DNA of 64,000 bases from Styela clava (Eukaryota), in the NCBI RefSeq assembly GCF_964204865.1, contig NC_135259.1, positions 14,570,001 through 14,634,000 on the forward strand. The letters run 5' to 3'. Below are positions 13,363 through 23,500 of this stretch, piece by piece. The notes beneath the pieces are model-generated. The model was not told the DNA's origin. It did no database searches and was given only the letters and a program-made list of their open reading frames with translations. Position numbers and translations under genes: made by a program. Within the stretch, counting starts at the first letter, position 1, and each line of letters begins with the position of its first letter.

Positions 13363-14524
13363 AGTCGGCTAAATAAACGCTCGACTGCGCAAGGTAATGG
13401 GGATCAAATCGGTAAGAGCTGAATACGGTATGGAGAGTGCTTTTAGATGATTACTACTGTAATTGTATGTTGTTGCATTGTGAGAGATTTATTAGTTTAA
13501 TACAGTCAGCAATACAATAAAAATGTAACAGAAATAAAATTGTTTTGGTACCGTTTGGACAGGAGAGAGCGGTACGATCATCAAGGTCGATTCCTACCAT
13601 ATTTGCTGCTGTGATTAAGATTCACATCAAAGTTCACTAATGAAAAATTAATATCTTCTGTCTGAGCAAATATTTCAATTGAAATGCGGTTTTTGTTCTA
13701 TGCAATCACAGAACCAAAATCCATTTTTAGCTTATCTATTGAATGAATACAGGAATAATAAAAATTGTGTGCTATTAATGTATGGAAATAAGGTTTTATT
13801 CAATTCTTTATTTATCGTATTATACAAACCTATAATATATTCTATGGTGGAAACTGCACACTTGATTTTCATCACTGACTGGTGCTGTGCAATTTAAAAT
13901 TTTTCGGCATTAAAAATGCGACTACCTTGGACCAAAATTTTTAGGCCTGACCGAATGGTGAGAAGTTTAACCTTGATAAGCACTCTGTTCCAGATTTTCA
14001 CTTCAGACTCAGAAGTTTGAAAAAACATCTCCACATGCTTTTTAATTTGAAATCCAGTGTTTCTTATAAAAATTTTCGAATGTTATTCGATATCTGGATC
14101 ACCACATTAAAGCGGCCAAACATTCCTCATCATATCTACAAGGATTCACAATTATTTTCATCATGATAGCATTCGTTTATAAATGCAGCATGTGACAATA
14201 ATAACTAAAAGTATGTAAATAATGCATCAAAATGTTCTTTCTTCACTCTGAACAAAGCTCAACACAAGTACCGGTATGTGTTTTTTAGTGAAGGATGTTC
14301 AGATATTGTTATTGGTTGTTTTACTTTTGTTACAAACAAGGCTCTATACCAGGATTGTTTAACATTTTTTGTCAGCGGGTCATATAACCAAATATCTAAC
14401 ATCTCTTCTATTTAGCTCTATAGTAAAAAGCTGACTCCTTATAACCTGTTTTATTAAATGATCTCTCACTCCTGCTATTTTCCTTACAGATAATAAATAT
14501 ATTTTGACCTAAATAACACAAAAC

Positions 14525-15415
14525 ATGGCATCATCTGGTAAGGTCTATGGTGAAAAGAAACCAAAGACATTATGGGAGAAAATATGCGAAGATTTTGCAG
14601 CACAACGAGCAGAATTTGAAGATCAAGACTTTGATGACACAGCTTCATCTGCACCAACTGACATTACTCAATTTTCTGCCAGCCGTCACACACCAGTGGT
14701 GTATGGAAAAATGGTTCATGTCGCTCAAGTTGACAGCGATCTAACACAGGATTTTGATCCTGCCATGAGCCACCCAGCAGCAATTGGGCTGAGTTTACTC
14801 AGCAGGCCTAATAAAAAGCCTGCACATCCATCTCCTGCTCCACCAGATCCAAAGTTATGTCCAGCAAGGGACTACCTAGAAGCATATGTTTTTCCAACTC
14901 TGATACCAGCAATGATAGCTATGCTTCAGCAAGCGAAAGCAGAAAGGTGCTTTGAAAGAAAAAGGACTAAGTTTAATGCGTGTGACTTTTTGACAGAGTA
15001 TCTGTATAAACAAAACCCAGAAAAGAAAATTGGACGTGAAAATATGAATTTGTTAGATATTTCATTTGTGAAAGAACATCTCGTTGATCATCCGAGACCT
15101 CCTCTCCCACTCTCTCTCCTTTGGTCAGAACCCGAAGCCGCTGTTAAGATCCAGTCTTTCTGGCGTGGTCATCTTGTAAGAATAAGGCCAGAAGTGCAAG
15201 AAATGCGACAATGGCAGAATGAATGGCGAAATGAAAATAAAGATGTGAGGCAGCAGGTCAATGAATTCTGGCACCAACAAGAAAATAAAGATATTCCGCC
15301 AAGTAGTCCGCAACAGATACCAAATGTCTCGAAATCACCAAGGACACCAGAAAGGAAATCACGAAAAAGTAGTGCATCATCAGGGCGTAGAAGCAAATCT
15401 AATTTAAATGTGTAG
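14525..15415 (+). CDS. IQCK: IQ motif-containing protein K, 296 aa, single coding exon
   Basis: D/D-like region (PARDYLEAYVFPTL...CFERKRTKFNACDFLTEYLY), HPRPPLPLSLLWSE, IQ motif AAVKIQSFWRGHLVR, EVQEMRQWQ. Confidence 0.85.
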   Translation: MASSGKVYGEKKPKTLWEKICEDFAAQRAEFEDQDFDDTASSAPTDITQFSASRHTPVVYGKMVHVAQVDSDLTQDFDPAMSHPAAIGLSLLSRPNKKPAHPSPAPPDPKLCPARDYLEAYVFPTLIPAMIAMLQQAKAERCFERKRTKFNACDFLTEYLYKQNPEKKIGRENMNLLDISFVKEHLVDHPRPPLPLSLLWSEPEAAVKIQSFWRGHLVRIRPEVQEMRQWQNEWRNENKDVRQQVNEFWHQQENKDIPPSSPQQIPNVSKSPRTPERKSRKSSASSGRRSKSNLNV

Positions 15416-15585
15416 ATTTCTTTTAGTATTTTTTAAATATATATATATTTTCTCAAAGTGCTCGTTTACATTTTCATCAGTACAAAAACAGTCATATTTT
15501 CCCAGTGACAGATATCATGTAGTTAATTAGAATTTTATGTAGCCATGAAATATTTCTAAATAAATTAAATTATTTGGCGCTTACG

Positions 15586-16019
15586 TAATATGTGTACCAG
15601 GTTAGGCCATGATTTTATTCCAATTTTGGGGCTCCCGAAGTATGCGAACCAAGATCTCGGACGTCGGAACGTAACATGGGTAACCGGTTAGGGTTAGGAG
15701 ATAATTATTTTCCAATTTTCCTTATTTTAGTCCTATTATCAGTCCGAAGACTAGCCAAGAGCCTCCCGTAGTATTTATACCTAAAATTATGGCCTAACCT
15801 AGTACAGATATTACACTCCGATGTCCGCCATCTTGGTTCGGATACTTCGGGAGCCCCCCAATTTTAGTTCTATTAGGAGTTTGGGGACTAGCCAATTGAC
15901 TCCCGTAGTATTTGTTGACTCCCGTAGTATTTGTACCCGAAATTATGGCCAAACCCTAACCTGTTACACATACTATGTTCCGGTGTCTGCCATCTTGGTT
16001 CACATACTACGAGAGTATC
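15586..16019. mobile_element. MITE family A composite: full copy 15628-15857 nested in an older copy of the same family
   Basis: Inner TIRs ggggctcccgaagtat / atacttcgggagcccc, flanked by the 8-bp duplication ccaatttt (15620-15627, 15858-15865). The flanking sequence is itself family A. Confidence 0.8.
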
Positions 16020-16596
16020 AATTTTCGTAGTAGACTTGTACCTCAGATGCCAAAGGCGCGAGACCTTTCACAGCAGTAGGCAACTCTTTTGTTGAGTCCA
16101 TTTCATACAGTAGATCAAAAGTTTCTATATTAGAATATGTTGTGTAAAGAAGCCTCTATGCAAACTACCTTCCTTGTTGCACGAATATGTACAGCCTTTA
16201 ATTTTAGTCACTGAAATATTTCTGACCACTCTCATTATGCAAGATACAAGCCTGCTTGCTATTGACCTGCCTACTGCCCCAGGTAGGTGTTGGAATCATA
16301 GAGCATCTGATGTTCCTAATATTAGGTTATGTGGATGCCCATGTATTTCATACAAAAACCAGATCAGCCATGATCATGACTTGACCCATCTTTCTGCTAA
16401 CAATTTGCGCCAGATTCATAATGTGTTCACAGTAACGATTAGATTGAAAGAAGAGAACAAAAAAGGGGGAAGGGGGTGTGGTCATGAAAGATAATTTCTA
16501 AATTATCTATGGTTGAAAAAATTATCTTAGAATTTAACTGTTAGAATATCTGCGATTACTGAACTGGGGTGGGGGGAAAACAGCCTGGACCTAAAG

Positions 16597-16888
16597 CAGG
16601 GGTGCACAACACAGGCACGCATGTCAAATTTGGCACGCGTGGCACTCGAACGGTTTTGTAAAAAAAAATTCGTTTATGATGTACATTAAAATATCACGTT
16701 CATATCAAAATCAGCAGTTTTTTCATTCAGGACATTAAATTGTTTACCTATGTTATGTATTATGATTGAAATTAGTTTTATGTGTGTTTTACGGGAGTTA
16801 ATTTACAATACCAACGATTGTACGTGGCACGCGACAAGATTATTTTGAAAAATTTGACACATGTCCTCATTTGAGTTGTGCACCGCTG
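16597..16888. mobile_element. hAT (Charlie-like) MITE
   Basis: TIRs caggggtgcacaac / gttgtgcaccgctg. Perfect 8-bp TSD acctaaag. Subterminal tggcacgcg repeats. Confidence 0.85.
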
Positions 16889-18558
16889 ACCTAAAGGATG
16901 GCTAGTGTGGAAGGGCTGGTTATGAATGTAAGTTTCAAAATCCCTAATCAGAGCAATTTGAATCAGCGCCAATTCGAATCGAAGCAATTTCAGACAACAC
17001 AGTGTGATTCTATTCAAAAAAATATTGATCAAGATAATATGAAACAATTGTATGACGCGGTGGCGTTGTTGCAAAATGGATTAAGTCGTTTCCAGATTAT
17101 CTTTGAGTTTAGCACTTTCCAATATCGTAACAAACCTACCGTAGTTTTGTGAGCCACAGTTATGTAAGCACCTACAGTTTTGCTCAATTTTTTTACTACT
17201 CGAAATGTTTAGATTTTATAACCAACATGTTGCTATTATTTTGTGTAACAAATGATATCAATTTACATATTTTTTTCCACTTTCTGATCACATAAGACAC
17301 TGTATAGTTCTTCCAGGCTTCAAAAAAATATTAAATAAAATTAGATTCGGAAATATTCGAAACTTGCGCAAGTTAATTTTAGCTACAGTGGTCAAATTCC
17401 CAAAGGTTTCCACCCTGTTCATTGCATCTCATATTCAATACCTTACGTTGGATAATATTCACATTCAACTTTTTGGTTTTATGGCAACCAGATTTGGACA
17501 GATCGAGAAGCAAGACGCAACATTCTCGCATACTTATAAAGCATTGCAACCATATTTACCAGACAAATATTAAAAACATAGGAAGAAAACTATTTAAATT
17601 TAATTAAACCTTTGGAACAGGGCCCTTTTGAAATGTAAAAAAAAATAAAAGCATCTTCTTGTATCATACATAGCAATTTTTCGTAGCTTGGGACGCTTCT
17701 TAGACGCATGAAAACACACAATTCACAGCGTTCATCCGGGCCCGCAGGCTGTTTCGATCTAACTTGGCAAATAGAAATTTCAATTCCTGGCTACGCCACT
17801 GCTTTGACGATAGGTGGATGGAAATTCCATAGTAAATTTTTTGTCAAGGATTCGAATACAATCGATGGAATCAAGTCGGGGATGCAAATATATTCGATTG
17901 AATCAAATCTATTTTTCCCATCTATGTAAAAAAATTTACTACAATTGTATATTCCATAACAATTCTTGTACAACTTGCATTGACCAAAAATTAGTAAAAA
18001 AACCTGGATTGCAAACAATTTTATAGGTTGGGGATTGTTTCATGACTGTTCAATATAAATTCAAAAGTGATCTTGATTTTTTTTTATATATTTCAGGATT
18101 TTGAATACTTTATGTCTGTATGTAATAAAAATAACTGCAGGGACGAGTGTCTGATACAAATACATTACGTCTATCTCAAGGTATATATAAAAAGACTCAA
18201 CCAAGAAGGAATTTGTTTTATGAGAGGGAAGAAAATCAGAAACATTAATTGTATTCTGTGTTATTTTAACACATACACAATGCTAGCAAAGAATCCTCTG
18301 AACATTGAACAAATAATGAAGTTTTTTTTGCATTGTGAGAGGAATAAAGAGATCCAAAATGGGTGAAGAAAGAAAAATATTGAAACAGGCCTCTGCTTAA
18401 CGTTATCTAGTTCTGGATCAAGCTACTGAACTAGGCTATACCTTCTGATCTGATAGAACAATTAGGACATAAACAAACTACAAAAAGTATTTTTTTTTTA
18501 GTTTTATTTTAGTATCGCACTGACCAGAACCAGGGAATCTTCACAGATAAGATTTAAA

Positions 18559-19137
18559 TTAATCCTCATCCTCTTCTTCATCACCTCCTCCAGAACCTTT
18601 CTTCATGTTTCGTCTCTTGACACGTCCTGGTCTTCCTCCACCGTATGGAGATCGCAGAGAGAAATCTATATGTTTCTGTGAATCCAATCGCACGATGAAA
18701 GAAGGAATATTAACGACCTGCTTTCGGACACGAATGTGACGTTGGCGGATTAAAACTCTTGCATGATGAATTGACTTTGCCAAACCCAGTTTGAAAACTT
18801 GTGTCTGAAGTCTTCTCTCCATAAAATCTTCAATCTTGAGACCAAGCACATAATCGAGTTTCATTTTCGTTTCATCCAATACCCCGACTCGTACAAGTCT
18901 ACGCAGGAGAGCATTTCCTTCAAACAACCTTCTTTGGTCTTTCTCGTCCAGGGTAAGGAGTTCACGAGCTGCCTTCCTGATTTTGGCCAAAAGAAGCTTT
19001 ACCCTCCATACTTCACGTTTATTTTTTAATCCATATTCACCAATAAGTTTTAACTCCTGGTCGAGCCGTGTTTTTTCGAACGGCCGCCTCGGTGTTACGT
19101 AGGTTTTACTACGAACTAAGCTCCTAGCGTGCGGCAT
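18559..19137 (-). CDS. RPS9: 40S ribosomal protein S9 (uS4), 192 aa, intronless
   Basis: [63 protein letters not shown], acidic C-terminal tail. AATAAA on minus strand at 18503-18508. Confidence 0.97.
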   Translation of the reverse strand: MPHARSLVRSKTYVTPRRPFEKTRLDQELKLIGEYGLKNKREVWRVKLLLAKIRKAARELLTLDEKDQRRLFEGNALLRRLVRVGVLDETKMKLDYVLGLKIEDFMERRLQTQVFKLGLAKSIHHARVLIRQRHIRVRKQVVNIPSFIVRLDSQKHIDFSLRSPYGGGRPGRVKRRNMKKGSGGGDEEEDED

Positions 19138-19154
19138 GACAGCGCTCTGTTTCA

Positions 19155-19162
19155 GAAAAGGA
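19155..19162 (-). promoter_or_regulatory. TCT initiator / 5'TOP tract of RPS9
   Basis: Minus strand reads TCCTTTTC ~20 nt upstream of the ATG, the typical ribosomal-protein gene start. Confidence 0.65.
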
Positions 19163-19405
19163 TTCGCTCGCCGTGTCTACTTGACAGTTGCCAGATTTTA
19201 CACTTGCTCTTTGCTGCCTCTTGTTCCAGCTATACCAACTGTTCCAACTTGGAATATAGCAAAACATGCTTATCACGAGTGTTTTGCCACTTTTTCGGGT
19301 AATAAAAAATAAAATTGGAAAAAACTAAAAAAATACGTGAAATCAGTACGATTAAGAATGGAATCACAAAAATTTCACACGGTATGTTAAAACATTCCGC
19401 CACTA

Positions 19406-19796
19406 CCCTGTTTCTACGAAAAAAAGACTGGGTCTTATTTCCATTTTTTTTTCCGAAAAATAACACTTGGGCTTATTTGCAGGTGATGTCATATATTTTC
19501 AATTATCAGACACCAAATTACAAAGTAGAGAACTACAAGTTTTTCTAATATAAAAAATATGAAAACCGATATTTATTTTATTATAAATAACATGTTTTTA
19601 TTTGAAATAACTGCAAAACATAGATTATCTATCATTTAAAACATTTTGGAGAAATTTCTTGTTATCGACTAGGTCAAAAAAAAAATTGCGTGATTGACTA
19701 GATTATATTTTGAGGGAAGGGATCATATTAAAATCATTTTTAAAATTCAGACTTAGTCTTATTTTTAGGGTAGGTCCTATTTTCGGGGAAACACGG
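19406..19796. mobile_element. Tc1/mariner-superfamily (Tc2-like) MITE in the RPS9-SRSF2 divergent intergenic region
   Basis: TA|ccctgtttctacgaaaaaaagac ... gtcctattttcggggaaacacgg|TA: imperfect TIRs with TA TSD. Confidence 0.7.
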
Positions 19797-20470
19797 TAGC
19801 TAGATCGCAAGATAAAGAAATGTTTAAAAGAAAATATTTTGCTAATTTATGATTTGCGTTTTTTTATTTGCTATTTGCCTTCTAATTAATCAGTAATTAA
19901 TTTTTGCACATACCAAAAATATGAAAGTATACAAACAGTAAGGAAAAATATAAAATAATGCATTTAGGCGTGGAGAGAGACGCGATCATGGTTTTCGAGC
20001 AGCGTCATCTTTGAGGGAGTCTAACCGTAAATATATACTACTACATAGAATCATAAAAAAAAAAATTTTCGATTTTATTCTAATGCTACATAACAACAAA
20101 ACAAAAAGTATACCAATGAGTTCATGCTTTTTCAGACTATATTCATTACCTAAATAGATGCGCCCAACCTTGAATGGATCCAGATGGAATAGCGTAAATC
20201 GTCATGTGATGGAACATTTTTTTAGTTTTCCTATTTCGAAATCTGCTTCGAAGTAAACGAAATTGAGTAAAAAAGAGTTTGCTAAATTACATTGTACTTA
20301 TCTCAAACTTTTTAATATTAATCACATTTAATAATGTGATACTTATATTATTATATAAAAGCAAAATATAATTACCGGTTAATTGGTTCAGAATAAATAC
20401 CGACATGAGTAAATACATTTCTTAGAAACTTGCTGAAAATTATATTAACATAAGTGAGCGAAAAACGCTA

Positions 20471-20480
20471 GTCACGTGAT
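20471..20480. promoter_or_regulatory. E-box (GTCACGTGA) upstream of SRSF2
   Basis: gtcacgtgat ~110 bp upstream of the ATG in a CpG-containing stretch. A similar gtcatgtgat lies at 20201. Confidence 0.4.
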
Positions 20481-20583
20481 CCAGACCGTTCCGAGGCTTT
20501 TTTCTTGTATACGTGTGCCACCTTCCGTTGTTTTGTCTGCGAGTTGTGTCACTAGCTTTTATCCTGTATGATCTGGTTGCAAG

Positions 20584-23500
20584 ATGTCTCACTCACAGCA
20601 GAGTAGAGGGCCGCCAAATATAGAGGGAATGTACTCATTGAAAGTGGACAATTTAACGTACAGGACGTCGCCAGAAACATTGAAAAGATCGTTCGAAAAG
20701 TACGGCAAAGTGGGAGATATTTATATCCCACGGGACAGGTTAGTTGCTTAATTGTTCATTTCATTCAAAAAATTTATTCTCTGATATACACCACAAAGAA
20801 AAATATTTGTTTGGCGTCAAATTTATAATTTTAGGCATAGTGTAATTCTTTGTCTATGGCAATTTAGACATACTGACATACCAGTTAACAGAAAAATGCC
20901 AAGCTAACCTAATTTTCAAATCTTTACTTATCGTTATCACTGTTATATCTAATTTGGGGAGGTTTAACATGCTCATTTTTAAAAATATCTTTGACAGATT
21001 AGGTATGCCGTTCTTGTCTATTCAGCCATTTATAATATTCATATTCAATATTCAAGGGCCACGAAGGAAAGCAGAGGATTTGCGTTTGTTCGATTTTATG
21101 ATAAACATGATGCTGAAGATGCAATGGATAGCATGGATGGAAAAACACTGGATGGTAGGGAGCTGAGAGTTCAGATGGCGAGGTGAGGCTAGGATAGAAA
21201 ACAAATGTTCGTTATACCTAATCAATGGGTCTTACTACTTACTGAATACAGCGCGAAACACTGCAAAGAGCGTGAAACAGGAAAACAGCGCGAAACAGGA
21301 AACCAGAGGGGAACAGCGCAAAACAGGAGACGTGGTTATTACCACTGCGTTATTACCACGTTGCCTCTCGCCATGGTTTTTTTACGCTATTTCGCTATAT
21401 CCACAAGGTTATGTATCGGATTTTAGGTCAACATGCGAAATTTTAAATTATTTTTTTTTTTATCCAACCACAATCCTCAAGCCAAATCAATCAAAACTGT
21501 ATGCATATGGAAAATGTTCCAAATCACGGTAACCAAAATGTGTCACCAGCAGGGGCAGACCTGCCATTACACCCTACATGCCTTGGTTTGTGTTTCAATT
21601 TGCTGTCGTGGTACCCCAACTTGAAAAAAAGAGGTACCATAACTCTTTGCAGAATATTTTTCTGCTTTGCGCTGTTCCCTCTGTTTTGTGCGCTGTATTC
21701 AGTAAGTAGTGGGACCGCCTGATCAATTCATTGAATTTTGTTATTTTAACAGAAACTTCGTGTCGAAGCAAGTATAAACTTTCACATCAAATGCGGTTGG
21801 CTGGTGGGCGGCGGATGCTGTCAGCAAGTGTTGCAGTGGTGCAGCGATGCTGAGTTTAATTCATATATTTAAAACAGTACCATAAAGCAAGCTGTAAACC
21901 ATGCCGCCGCTATTTATTTTTCATATTACAGTAATACACATTGCTAATTAGAGAAAAAGCAACTCAAAATTATTGATCGAAATTATTTCTTTTATCAGAT
22001 TAAATCTATCAAAAATATACAGGGAAACGCCGCCCACCCCTGACTTCATTGCCGCATTTTACTGAAATGCATCTCAAAATAGATATTACTAGACATGGCA
22101 ACGTATATGGAAAAAATTGAAATATTCATTGGCCTTGTTTCGTTCAAATAGTTTCCATTATTAATTGTTATATAGCTATACATCTGCATGCATGTGGGTT
22201 CATTTTAATATTTTTTTATTAAAGCTAATTTGAAGAGATTCAAAAACTATCAGCAGGAAGGCATACAAAGTGTCGTCTATAATTTTAAAGTAATCAATTT
22301 ACATACATTGACTTGCAAAATGGGTAAAAAATTCTATTCCTAAATAAGTGCAAATTAGTTTTGATCGAGCAATGGTCAATGGTGCCTGGTTTCGGCTAAC
22401 ACTTTTTTCCACTTCGTGTTAAGCCAACAACCGTATATTATTAGATATGGACGACCACAAGAACAACATTACAACAATAGACGAGGACCACCTCAACGTT
22501 ATGGAGGAGGGGGAGGATGGTATGGAGGTGGTGGCGGCGGCGGCGGCGGTGGTTATGGAGGTGGTGGTGGATACAGAGGTGGAGGTGGACGGTACAGCAG
22601 AAGGTACCATCTTTTGATAGACATAAAACGTTTTGTTTCTTTCCAGTTGACTGATTGTTTGTTACTTGTAGCAGTGATGTAGGATGTAGTTGTGGTGTGT
22701 TTCTGTTAATGTCGAAGTCGTAATTCCAAACTTCCTGGAGTCGAAGTAAAAATTTCTAAGCACTCTTAGCAGTCAATACTTGTTGTTTTTTCATGCTTAA
22801 TGTTTTTATATTTAGATCCAGATCACCACGACGAAGATCATATTCCAGATCCAGGTCTCGATCACGTGACAGGGACCGAAGAAGGAGAAGTTACTCAAGA
22901 AGCAAAAGCCGAAGTCCTTCAAAAAGCAGATCCAGGTCTAGGAGTCCGGTTGAACAAGAGGAACGGAATGGAAGGTTTGTTTGAAATTCTAATTTCCCAC
23001 AACGATACTCCATTCACATTGAGTTGTGATCAGGGCTGGGAAGCCGGAGCTGGAGTCGGAGCCTGGAGCCATGGAGCCGTTACATTTTGATGGAGCCGGA
23101 GTCGGAGTTGGAGCCAAGCTTTCCATAACAGATGGAGCTGGAGCTACCAAAAATTTAGTGGCTCCAGGCTCCAGCTCCTAAATATCTCCTTTTTTTGTTT
23201 TTCAAATTTATAATTTTTTTCTGATAGCGTTACAAATGATAAAATCTTTTCTGTTCAGCTTATAATTCATTTTAAAAATTTTAGTTCCTAATATTTTTTA
23301 AAAAGTTTCCAGTTATTCTGTATGTTTGAAAGTTTAGTATCAAAATTTGAAGCGGTTCGCTTTTATCCAAATTTTGATTCTCATTTCCACTAAGCTGCAA
23401 TTTTTCATGATTGCGGTCAAGCTCAAAAACCCTAATGGCCAGGGATTTTCGAAGAAGTGATTTTGGAATTTCCATGTAACATATTATGATTTTTTCGTGG

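Noticed and set aside
11329-14525. EEA1-IQCK as an operon pair
   Set aside because: 3.2-kb gap with several AATAAA signals and a separate promoter-like X-box and first exon for IQCK.
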